NCBI GenBank assembly: GCA_963796275.1
Contig: CAWCKY010000006.1
Coordinates: forward strand, 32,001 to 96,000
Direction of reading: 5' to 3'
Origin: an uncultured Acidobacteriota bacterium
GTDB lineage: Bacteria > Acidobacteriota > Blastocatellia > RBC074
DNA length: 64,000 bases
Made by a program: the position numbers and the translations under genes. Within the stretch, counting starts at the first letter, position 1. Each line of letters opens with the position of its first letter. Positions 10,652 through 19,531 of the stretch are shown here, piece by piece. Below the pieces are notes generated by a model. The model did not search any database, was not told the origin of the DNA, and saw nothing but the letters and a program-made list of their open reading frames with translations.

Positions 10652-11885
10652 ATCTGGCGGACTCCAGGTTTTGCCGGAATGTCGCGTCGTCCGGCGCGAG
10701 CTTTACCGCCTTCTCAAAAGCCGCAATCGCGGCCTGGCGCTCGCCTTGCTCAATCAACACCTCGCCTAATGCGTTGAATACGGGCGCCTCCGTCGACTGT
10801 AGTTTGGCGGCCGTTTCCAGGCTCGCCCTGGCATCGGTCAGTCGGTTCGCGCTCCGCTCCACTAAGCCCAGTAGATAGTGGTAAAGCCAGGTCGAGGTGC
10901 TGATGCTGATGGCTGCTTGTACATATTCCCGCGCGGCGTCGTAGCGTCGCAAGTCAAAATTCAATCCCGCCAGGCGGAAGAGCAGGGTGGCGTCGCCCGG
11001 TTTCGCCTCTCTCGCCAACTCCAGGCGCGCGGCGGCGTTCTCCAGGTCGCCCGCTTGCAACAGCGCGCGCGCTTCGTCGATCCAGGCCGCCGCCTTGCGC
11101 TGCAATTCCTCGTCGGCATTTTGTTTTTTCGCCAACTCGGAAAACCTCGCTAAAGCCGCCTTGCGCTCCGGCGCCTTGCCAAGCCCGCCCCACGCCCGCG
11201 CGAGTTGATAGAAGACACGTGGATCATTGACGCCGCCCAGCTTCGACGCCCGTTCCAACTCCGTCCGCGCTTCTTCAAATTGACCCAAACGATTGAGCGT
11301 GGAGCCCAGCAGTAAGTGCCCTTCATAAGCTTGCGGCCGCAATTGCACAGCTTTACGTAACAGCGGCATCGCTGCCTTATCATCGCCGGCCCGCGACAGC
11401 AGATTGCCCAGGCCGGCCAGGGCGGGGAAGTAATCCGCCTGTAATTCCAACGCCCGCCGAAACTCCGTCTCCGCGCCTTTGTGATCGCCCTTGGTTGCAT
11501 AAACCGCCCCCAAATCCGCGTGGACTTCGGCGGATTGCGGGGTCACCGTCGCCAGCGTTTCCAGCAACGGCAAAGCCTTGCGGTGCTCGTCATTCCGCAG
11601 GTACAGATTAGCGGCCGCGCGCAAGGCCAGGACGTTTTTCGGCTCGATCTCCAACGCCTGTAGGAGCGCCGTGAGCGCCTCGCCATCATTGCCGCGTTCG
11701 GCGTAAATGTCAGCGATCGCCAGATACGCCTGCGCCATCTTCGGGTCGCACTGCGCCGCCGTGCGAAAAGCGACGAGAGCCTTGTTCAGGTCTTTCCGTT
11801 GATATTCTTGTAGCCCGGCGGCGAAATGCTTCCCGCAATCCGGAGCCGTTTGGACTAAAGCAAAAGCCAATAACCAGGCGTTCAT
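10641..11885 (-). CDS. Tetratricopeptide repeat protein with signal peptide
   Basis: About ten TPR-like repeats (e.g. AEVHADLGAVY...FRRALELQ); probable start ATG 11885 (MNAWLLAFAL), overlapping the upstream stop. Confidence 0.88.
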   Translation of the reverse strand: MNAWLLAFALVQTAPDCGKHFAAGLQEYQRKDLNKALVAFRTAAQCDPKMAQAYLAIADIYAERGNDGEALTALLQALEIEPKNVLALRAAANLYLRNDEHRKALPLLETLATVTPQSAEVHADLGAVYATKGDHKGAETEFRRALELQADYFPALAGLGNLLSRAGDDKAAMPLLRKAVQLRPQAYEGHLLLGSTLNRLGQFEEARTELERASKLGGVNDPRVFYQLARAWGGLGKAPERKAALARFSELAKKQNADEELQRKAAAWIDEARALLQAGDLENAAARLELAREAKPGDATLLFRLAGLNFDLRRYDAAREYVQAAISISTSTWLYHYLLGLVERSANRLTDARASLETAAKLQSTEAPVFNALGEVLIEQGERQAAIAAFEKAVKLAPDDATFRQNLESARSRR

Positions 11886-13541
11886 TTGGTGTACGGCGCG
11901 CTGTCGGTCACGCCCCTCCCTTCTGTGATGGTGACGATCTGTCCGGCCCGCATCGCGCCGACCTTCTCCAATCTTCCCCCCGGCCATTGAACTTCCACCG
12001 CGTCGGCTGTGCTCGCCTCGCCCAGCCCAAACTGTAAACGAAAATCGCTCTGTGACATAAATGTCGAGCCGGACCGCACCTCTCCCGTCAGCGTTCGATC
12101 GCCTATCCTCACGCGCGCCACGGCGCCAATGCCGCTTCGGTTCGTCTTTTGCCCCACCAGCTTCAGAGTGATCGACTTACCGGCTCTCAAGCGTGTTGCG
12201 CAGCAAGCTCAAGCGTTCATTCATGTTGCTAATCAATAGGTCGGGTCGCCCGTCATTGTCGTAATCACCCACCGCCAGGCCGCGCCCCGCATTTTTCTCC
12301 ATCACTGCCGCGCCCGCTTCGGCCGACACATCGCTGAACTTCCCCTCGCCGCCATTGCGATATAGTAGACGCCGCTGGCGATATTCGCTCGACTTCAAGT
12401 TCGGATACACATGGCCATTCACCATGAAAATGTCCGGCGATCCATCGTTATCGTAATCAACAAAGGCCACGCCCCAGCCCAGAAACTGTGTGTACTTGCC
12501 CAGACCCGCCTGCGCCGTGCTTTCTGAAAAAATCCCATCGCGATTGTTGCGATAGAGGTTTGGCATGTCGTCAATGAAGTTCGTCTTCACCAGGTCCGGC
12601 CAGCCGTCGCCGTCGTAATCCGCGGTCGCCGTACCCATGCCGGCCTGAGCGCGACCGTCTTCGCTTAGCGCGACTCCGCTTTCCAGCCCCGTCTCTTCAA
12701 ACGTCCCGTCGCGTTTGTTGTGATAGAGCAGACTCGCCTGCGAATCCACCGCCACATAGATGTCGGCCCAACCGTCGCGGTCATAGTCGAGCGTGGTCAC
12801 CGAAAGTCCGTAGCGCGGCGTGGGCGTCTCGATGCCGGCCGTCTTCGACACATCCAGAAAGCGAACCTTCCCAGGGGTTGACTCATTATGCCAAAGCCGA
12901 TTCAGCCCCGGCTTCAACCCTTGCGGACCGCATATCACGTTCTCGTCCTTCCAGCGGCAAGGCCTCGGCCCATCCGGGCGCGATGTATTTTTCAAATCGA
13001 AGTCCACATAATTCGCGACCATCAGATCCAGCTTGCCATCGCGGTCATAATCGACGAACGCGCAGCCCGTGCCCCAGCGCGACCCCATGTCGGGCGGCGT
13101 CACATCCTCAAACGTCCCATCGCCGCGGTTGCGATACATCACATCCGCGCCCCAGTAAGTGACGTAGATGTCCACGAATCCGTCGTTATCAATGTCGCCC
13201 GTGCAAACGCCTTGTCCCCAGCCGGCCCTGGCCACACCGGCCTTCTTGCTGACGTCCTCAAACGTGCGGTCACCCTTGTTGCGATAGAGGCGATTGATGG
13301 GCTCTGCGCCCGGGGGGAAGCCATCCAGCTTCGACGCAGTCACAGCGAAAATATCCAAGAGGCCATCGTTATCGAAATCTAGAAAGGCCACGCCCGTACC
13401 CAGCATCTCGACAATGTAATTCTTCTGACGCTCCTCCCCACAAACGAATACATCCTTCAAGCCCGCGCGCAACGCCTCATCCACGAAAAATGGCTCGGCG
13501 GCCGCCCAAGCCGCCAGTGCGATCAAGAACAACATCCTCAT
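11882..13541 (-). CDS. CRTAC1-family FG-GAP/ASPIC-UnbV protein; one apparent frameshift near 12180
   Basis: Repeated DxDNDG motifs, WGTGCAFVDYDRDG, AGMG, GRGLAVGDYDNDG; the ASPIC/UnbV tail (NRSGIGA..V, GS.FMSQS, FGLG, VEVQWP) is in the next frame. Confidence 0.9.
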
Positions 13542-13685
13542 TGCGTCGCTTCCTTCACTTTCAAAAGTCTCGTCATATCTATTGCGGAAGAGTTGCCGCG
13601 GAAAGCTATCATCCGCCACGATAATATCCGGCCGGTCATTGCGATCCACATCCTGAAACGCGGCGCCCCAAGCCCTTGCATGGAG

Positions 13686-14100
13686 GGTTCTGTTGTAAAT
13701 AAACCAGACATCCGGTCCTCAATGCTGGTAGAGGGGCCCAATTCCATTATCACTGGGGGCTGCTCTGACCAAATCCAATCCGTTCAAATGGCGACACTAC
13801 CAATCCGAGATCATCCTCCTCTGCACACTGGTATCTGCGTTATGCTCTCAGCTATCGCGATCTCGAAGAGGTGATGAATGAACGTGGCCTCTCGCTCGAT
13901 CACACGACGATCTACCGATGAGTTCAGGCTTATCCAGAGTTAGAGAAAAGAATTTGTCCTCACTTGAGACTGACGAACAACTCCTACCGTTGATGAGACC
14001 TACGTCAAAATCAAGGTGAGTGGAAGTATCTTACCCATGACGCCGATTCTTACGCAATGGACCATTTGGTACTTGCTGCTGAGAGCTATCTTCGTTAAGC
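13686..14100 (+). mobile_element. IS6-family insertion sequence relic: left IR plus decayed transposase N-terminus
   Basis: ggttctgttgtaaa at 13686 resembles the IS6/IS257 IR (GGTTCTGTTGCAAA). Broken frames read FKWRHYQSEIILLC, WYLRYALSYRDLEEVMNERGLSLDHTTIYR*V, VDETYVKIK. No right end was seen. Confidence 0.85.
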
Positions 14101-14505
14101 CTCTGCACCGCCACGCATTGATTTTGGAAGATTAACGGAACTTTAGATAATCGCACTTACGCCATATAATGCATTAGTGCGAATCGTTTTCGAACCAGGC
14201 ATTGTGCGGCGCCTGGGCTTATCGCCTCCGGGGCCGGCGAAGAGTCTATCTTCCACCGCCGATCTCGAACGACCGGCTGAGTGTGATGGGCCACTGACAC
14301 CGCACCTTCCAGTGGGGGAATTTCGCGGGAGCGGACCGGCCACAATTCATTGAATGGCGAAGAGCGAAATCCCAATTTATTGTGGTCGCTGCTGCCGATT
14401 TACAATTTTTCCGCTCATTTCAAATTCTTCGCTGCTGTAACCATGTCGGTAGCCATCGCACGGCGGAGAAGTTTGTAAATTGTCGGCCAATAGTGAATCT
14501 GTCGC

Positions 14506-15135
14506 ATGTCCAAGGAACCCACACATAAGCAGCCGGAAACACTCGGCGACGTGCTCTATGCCAAGTCCAAGGCTCCCGTGCCGGAGCAGGACTGGGCGAC
14601 GCTCGTCCAAGCGATTGCCGCGGGCGACCAGCTTGCGCTGCATGCGCTCTACGAGATGGCTCACCGTATCGTCTTCACTTTGATTATGCGAATCACGGCC
14701 AACCGGGAAACCGCTGAAGAGCTCACCATCGACGTCTTCCATGACATCTGGCGGCGCGCGTCGGGTTACGACGCCGCGAACGGCACAGTGCTCGGCTGGA
14801 TCATGAACCAGGCGCGCTCGCGGGCTATCGACCGCCGGCGTTTCGAGAGCCGAAAGAAGCGCAGCCAAGGTGACGATGCGCCGCCGGTTGCCGACGTGGC
14901 TCCCGATCCCCACGAAGTGCTCGAACTGCGCGAGCAGGGTGAGTCGTTGCGCGTCGCATTGGCGGCGCTTACGCCGGACGAGCGCCAGGCGATCGAAACG
15001 ACGTTCTTCGGCGGCCTCACGCATGCCGAAGCCGCGGCGCGTCTCAATCAGCCGCTCGGCACCATCAAGACGCGCATTCGTTCAGGACTGCACAAACTGC
15101 GGCGCATGCTGACCGCAGAAGCGAGGAAGCCATGA
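14506..15135 (+). CDS. ECF sigma factor (SigK/RpoE-like)
   Basis: Region 2 (AEELTIDVFHDIWRRA..YD...VLGWI...ARSRAIDR) and region 4.2 (GLTHAEAA..L..PLGTIKTRIRSGL). Confidence 0.93.
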   Translation: MSKEPTHKQPETLGDVLYAKSKAPVPEQDWATLVQAIAAGDQLALHALYEMAHRIVFTLIMRITANRETAEELTIDVFHDIWRRASGYDAANGTVLGWIMNQARSRAIDRRRFESRKKRSQGDDAPPVADVAPDPHEVLELREQGESLRVALAALTPDERQAIETTFFGGLTHAEAAARLNQPLGTIKTRIRSGLHKLRRMLTAEARKP

Positions 15136-15710
15136 GTACGTTCCATAGAAATCGCTGCAAGCAGAGCAAGGCGACATGCGCCTACGCCCTAGAGGTTCTG
15201 CCTGAGAGCGAGGTTACCGCGATCCAGACGCATATCGCCTCGTGTGCGGATTGCCGGCGCGAGTTGGAAAGCCTCCGCCCGGTGATCAATCGATTCGTCT
15301 CCTGGCCCACCGATGTGCTGCGTCCGACTACATCGCTGCAGACGCGCCTTGCGCTTCGCATCGCCGAGGAGACCGGCAAGCAACCAGTGCCGCCGCCGGC
15401 GCGGCGGTGGTCCGAACCGGAATGGGAACAGGTCGCGCCCGGGATCGAATGCAAGCTGCTCGCGACCGACAATGAAAGGCGCCGGGTCAGCATGCTGGTA
15501 CGCCTTGCGCCTGGCGCGAGTTACCCTGCGCATACTCATGCCGGCGTAGAAGCACTGCATCTGCTCGACGGTGAGCTGTGGATCGATGAGCGCAAGCTCT
15601 TCCCGGGCGGCTACAACTACGGCGCGCCTGGAACGGGTGACGAGCGCGTCTGGAGCGAGACCGGCTGCACCTGCGTTCTCATCACCAGCACCGAAGATAT
15701 CCTCCGCTGA
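15132..15710 (+). CDS. Anti-sigma factor, zinc-binding ASD (HxxxCxxC) plus ChrR-like cupin, copy 1
   Basis: AYAL..L...HIASCADC; cupin LVRLAPGASYPAHTH; ATGA overlap with the sigma gene. Confidence 0.88.
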   Translation: MSTFHRNRCKQSKATCAYALEVLPESEVTAIQTHIASCADCRRELESLRPVINRFVSWPTDVLRPTTSLQTRLALRIAEETGKQPVPPPARRWSEPEWEQVAPGIECKLLATDNERRRVSMLVRLAPGASYPAHTHAGVEALHLLDGELWIDERKLFPGGYNYGAPGTGDERVWSETGCTCVLITSTEDILR

Positions 15711-15896
15711 AGCGCCTCGGGCGCATGATGCGCCCAGATGGCGACCACCCGTGCGCGCCGGTCGTCGGTGTTTACGCCCACCTGTAGGAAGTAGTTTGGC
15801 GCCCTCGAGATCAAGAACGCCGCCGGAACGGCTGAAGGGCGCCATTTCGCCCGTCACTACCTCGAACCAATCCAAAAGCTCGCGTTTGACGTTTTT

Positions 15897-16154
15897 ATGG
15901 GTATGCAAGGCTCGCATTCCCCCGACATCGGAAAATTGCTGCAGGCCGCCGCCGAATTTGTGAGCGGCGCCAAGCAGTTAGCCGTGCGCCTAGGCATCGC
16001 CAAGTCGTTGCTGGGTAAGCTCATGGCCGTTCGCTATCACATGACCGCCACCCTGCCTCACCAAGCCGTGGACATCGTGCTCGCCAATCGCCAGCCGCTA
16101 ATCCCGCTTGCCGCCACTTGGACGTCCGGTGTTGTAGGAGATTCAAGCCAATGA
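15897..16154 (+). CDS. Small putative helix-turn-helix protein
   Basis: LLQAAAEFVSGAKQLAVRLGIAKSLLGKLM resembles a Cro/XRE-like HTH; its stop overlaps the ATG of anti-sigma copy 2. Confidence 0.45.
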   Translation: MGMQGSHSPDIGKLLQAAAEFVSGAKQLAVRLGIAKSLLGKLMAVRYHMTATLPHQAVDIVLANRQPLIPLAATWTSGVVGDSSQ

Positions 16155-16797
16155 CCCCAAATCAGAACCATTGCAAAAAAGCAGAGTTGGCGTGCGCCTA
16201 CGCCCTAGAGGTTCTGCCTGAGAGCGAGGTTGCCGCGATCCAGACGCATATCGCCTCGTGTGCGGATTGCCGGCGCGAGTTGGAAAGCCTCCGCCCGGTG
16301 ATCAATCGGTTCGTCTCCTGGCCCACCGATGTGCTGCGTCCGACTACATCGCTGCAGACGCGCCTTGCGCTTCGCATCGCCGAGGAGACCGGCAAGCAAC
16401 CAGTGCCGCCGCCGGCGCGGCGGTGGTCCGAACCGGAATGGGAACAGGTCGCGCCCGGGATCGAATGCAAGCTGCTCGCGACCGACAATGAAAGGCGCCG
16501 GGTCAGCATGCTGGTACGCCTTGCGCCCGGCGCGAGTTACCCTGCGCATACTCATGCCGGCGTAGAAGCACTGCATCTGCTCGACGGTGAGCTGTGGATC
16601 GATGAGCGCAAGCTCTTCCCGGGCGGCTACAACTACGGCGCGCCTGGAACGGGTGACGAGCGCGTCTGGAGCGAGACCGGCTGCACCTGCGTTCTCATCA
16701 CCAGCACTGAAGATATCCTCCGCTGAAGCGTTGCCGCCACTTGGACGTCCGGTGTTGTAGGAGATTCAAGACAATGACCCCAAATCAGAACCATTGC
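16108..16797 (+). repeat. Direct repeat of ~67 bp (16108-16174 and 16731-16797) carrying RBS and start codons MTPNQNHC
   Basis: ttgccgccacttggacgtccggtgttgtaggagattcaag(c/a)caatgaccccaaatcagaaccattgc occurs on both sides of anti-sigma copy 2. Confidence 0.92.
16151..16726 (+). CDS. Anti-sigma factor (ASD plus ChrR cupin), copy 2
   Basis: RBS AGGAG at 16136, ATG 16151; nearly identical to copy 1 from CAYAL onward but with a different N-terminus (MTPNQNHCKKAELA). Confidence 0.88.
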   Translation: MTPNQNHCKKAELACAYALEVLPESEVAAIQTHIASCADCRRELESLRPVINRFVSWPTDVLRPTTSLQTRLALRIAEETGKQPVPPPARRWSEPEWEQVAPGIECKLLATDNERRRVSMLVRLAPGASYPAHTHAGVEALHLLDGELWIDERKLFPGGYNYGAPGTGDERVWSETGCTCVLITSTEDILR

Positions 16798-16834
16798 GAA
16801 AAGGCCGGGAGAGATCGCTTGTCTCGCCGGAAGA

Positions 16835-18790
16835 GTGGGAAGGACTGACGGTAAGATACCTTATCCATCTGAACGAGAGGGCAGTATGAAGGACGATTCC
16901 GTAATGATGAAGCAAGCGCCGGACGCGCTGATTGACGACGAATGTCCGATGGCCATCGCACCTAAAGAGAACCGTGTTATGCGCGGGGAAGCCGTGGCCG
17001 AACGGCCGGATGGCATGCGCATTTGGTTTGAACCTTATCCGATGCCGTTGCGCGACGGCGAAGGCCGGATGGTCGGGGGCATCAATATGCTCCATGACGT
17101 CACCGAGCGCAAGCGGGCGGAAGCGGGGTTGCGCCATCACTCCGAACAGTACGAAACGCTACTCAATCAGGCGCCTCTAGGCGTGTATCTGGTAGACGCG
17201 GACTTTCGGATTCGAGAAGTCAATCTTGTCGCGCTCCCCGTCTTCGGCGACATCCCCGAACTGATCGACCGGGACTTCGACGAGGTGATTCACACCCTGT
17301 GGACGAAAGAATATGCGGATGAAATCGTGCGCATCTTCCGAAACACGCTGGAGACGGGCGAACCGTACTATACGCAGGAGCGCGCTGAGTTCCGCGTTGA
17401 TCGCGGGGTCGTCGAATATTACGAATGGCGGCTCGACCGCATAACGCTGCCTGACGGCCGCCACGGCGTGGTCTGCTATTTCCGCGACATCTCCGCCCAG
17501 GTCCAGGCGCGCGAGAAGATCAGGGAGAGCGAGGAGCGTTACCGCGAGCTCGCGGGCGAAAACCAGCGACTCTACGAACAGGAGCAGCGGGCGCGCGAGG
17601 CGGCGGAAAGCGCCACGCGCGCGAAAGACGAATTCATCTGGCTCGTCTCGCACGAGTTGCGCTCGCCGCTCATCTCGGTTCTCAGCTATAGCCAGATGCT
17701 TCGCTCGAACCCAGATGGCACGGAGCAGGTCAGGCAGACCTGCGAGATCATCGAACGCAATGCGCGGACGCAGTTACAACTTATCGAAGACCTGCTCGAT
17801 ACTGCTCGCATCGTCCAGGGCAAGTTGTGGATCGAGAAGCGTCCGACCGACATCATTCCTCTGCTCGCCGAAGCGCTCAATGTGGCGCGTCCGATGGCTG
17901 AAGCTAAAAGCATCGAACTGCGCGCGAGCTACGGCGAGACGCCAGGAATGGTAGGCGGTGACTCGATCCGACTGCAGCAGGTGATTGGGAATCTCCTCTC
18001 GAACGCGATCAAGTTCACGCCTGAAGGAGGGCGGGTCGAGTTATGGTTGGAACGCAGCGGCGAAGAGCTTTGCATCGTGGTCAGCGATACGGGCGTGGGC
18101 ATCGATCCAACGGTTCTGCCATACATCTTCGACCGTTTCAGCCAGAACGATTCCTCGAGTTCGAAGCGGCATGGAGGCCTCGGACTTGGCCTCGCGCTGG
18201 CGAAGCATCTGGTCGAGCTGCACGGCGGCACGATCGAGGCCGCAAGCGAAGGTAAAGGGTGTGGCTCGACCTTCACTGTCAAGCTCCCGCTGGCGGCGCA
18301 GAACGGATTGTTGAGGATAGAACCGCCCGCCCTATTTACTGAAGGGAAAATCCAATTGTCCGGTGAAGGAACGATCGAAGGCGTAAGCGTGCTGGCGGTG
18401 GATGATGAGGAAGATGCGCTCGTACTGCTCGGCAAGCTTCTGAGTCAATACGGTGCAGTCGTGACAACGGTCTCTTCCGGCGCCGAGGCGCTGTCGATTC
18501 TGGATGACCAGCCGGACAGCCAACGGCCCGATGTGTTCATATGTGACATTATCATGCCGAAGGAAGATGGTTACACAGTGATGAAACGTGTCAGGAGGCT
18601 CGAGGCAGAGCGGCGAGTCAAGATGTCGCAGCGGATGCGGGCGATAGCTCTCACGTCAATGGCGAGTAGGGATGATTGGGTGCGCGCGCTTAGCGCAGGA
18701 TTCAACATGCACATCGCCAAGCCGGTTGAGCCTACCGAACTGGTGATGATGATTGCCAGCCTCGTCGGAGAGCGGACTAAAAGCGCATAG
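16835..18790 (+). CDS. Cytoplasmic PAS/PAC hybrid histidine kinase with receiver domain
   Basis: Partial PAC and PAS; VSHELRSPL (H box), NLLSNAIKFT, DTGVGI, GLGLGL; REC VDDEED...CDIIMP...KP; start uncertain. Confidence 0.92.
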   Translation: MGRTDGKIPYPSEREGSMKDDSVMMKQAPDALIDDECPMAIAPKENRVMRGEAVAERPDGMRIWFEPYPMPLRDGEGRMVGGINMLHDVTERKRAEAGLRHHSEQYETLLNQAPLGVYLVDADFRIREVNLVALPVFGDIPELIDRDFDEVIHTLWTKEYADEIVRIFRNTLETGEPYYTQERAEFRVDRGVVEYYEWRLDRITLPDGRHGVVCYFRDISAQVQAREKIRESEERYRELAGENQRLYEQEQRAREAAESATRAKDEFIWLVSHELRSPLISVLSYSQMLRSNPDGTEQVRQTCEIIERNARTQLQLIEDLLDTARIVQGKLWIEKRPTDIIPLLAEALNVARPMAEAKSIELRASYGETPGMVGGDSIRLQQVIGNLLSNAIKFTPEGGRVELWLERSGEELCIVVSDTGVGIDPTVLPYIFDRFSQNDSSSSKRHGGLGLGLALAKHLVELHGGTIEAASEGKGCGSTFTVKLPLAAQNGLLRIEPPALFTEGKIQLSGEGTIEGVSVLAVDDEEDALVLLGKLLSQYGAVVTTVSSGAEALSILDDQPDSQRPDVFICDIIMPKEDGYTVMKRVRRLEAERRVKMSQRMRAIALTSMASRDDWVRALSAGFNMHIAKPVEPTELVMMIASLVGERTKSA

Positions 18791-18849
18791 CACGATTGCT
18801 CGGATGATTATCGTGAGGCTGCGTTTTGGTAATCATCCTAAACGCGCTC

Positions 18850-19522
18850 GGTAATAGCATAACCAGCACAAGCCAATCGGGGTCTGCAGGTAAGCGGAGC
18901 GACCGCAGCAAGACTGCATTCACAACGCTAAAGATCGCGCATGATTCGCGCCGATCCCCAGTGCCAACGTGAGCACTATCGAACGCAAGGTGAAGCCGAG
19001 GGATTTTTTCTCAGCATCCGCACGCATAAACCTCGGATTGAGGAATAGCCTCATCGTACAAAAGCGTCTCGTATTCGACCTAATTCCACGCCAGTTTTCC
19101 CGCGATACGTTTGAAATAACCTCCTGTCAGCAATGTGACGTTTCCGAATTGACGCCGCGCAGGCTGAGCGGTCCGAATTCTCCGCTTCTCTAATCTTTGG
19201 TCATCCCCTGGCTGAACATATCGCTCCTGGTCAATTCGAGATGAGCCTGCAGCGCTGCGCGAGGGAGGCGGGGATCGGCAAGATTCACCTGCACCAGACA
19301 CCACACCTTCGCATGGATAGTGTCTAAGCGCGCGGGATCCCTCAGCGAGACCCAGGACGCACTCGGGTATCATCACGAATCCCGCTCGGCTTTACGTCGA
19401 GAGCATCGCGGTCAAAACTGACAAGTACAGTCAACACATCCTCGAAGCCTTCGATCTCCGAACTTCAAAATCGATTTCTCTTGGGAGTCTACGCCGACAA
19501 GTGCGCGCAAATAGTAAATCAT
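18850..19522 (-). pseudogene. N-terminal relic of ADOP-type ABC permease (copy 3)
   Basis: Broken frames give [38 protein letters not shown]; homologous to the 5' ends at 22187 and 24811. Confidence 0.7.
19247..19460 (+). pseudogene. Tyrosine recombinase C-terminal fragment interleaved with the permease relic
   Basis: Frameshifted translation AREAGIGKIHLHQT-HTFAWIV...GSLSETQDALG...LYVESIAVKTDK matches box II (HxxRHTFA...LGH...Y). Confidence 0.65.
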
Positions 19523-19531
19523 CTCTAACTC

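Larger units (their letters stand above)
15177..16730 (+). repeat. Direct repeat of ~538 bp (15177-15714 and 16193-16730)
   Basis: Base-by-base comparison by eye shows four substitutions, three of them synonymous. Confidence 0.95.

Noticed and set aside
15177-16730. Near-identical repeat pair as a DGR template/variable region
   Set aside because: No reverse transcriptase, the few differences are not adenine-specific, and both copies are whole coding regions.
16835-18790. Hybrid kinase as activator of the sigma54 modules
   Set aside because: It has no AAA+ GAFTGA or DNA-binding domain and no evident link; no enhancer-binding protein is encoded in the window.
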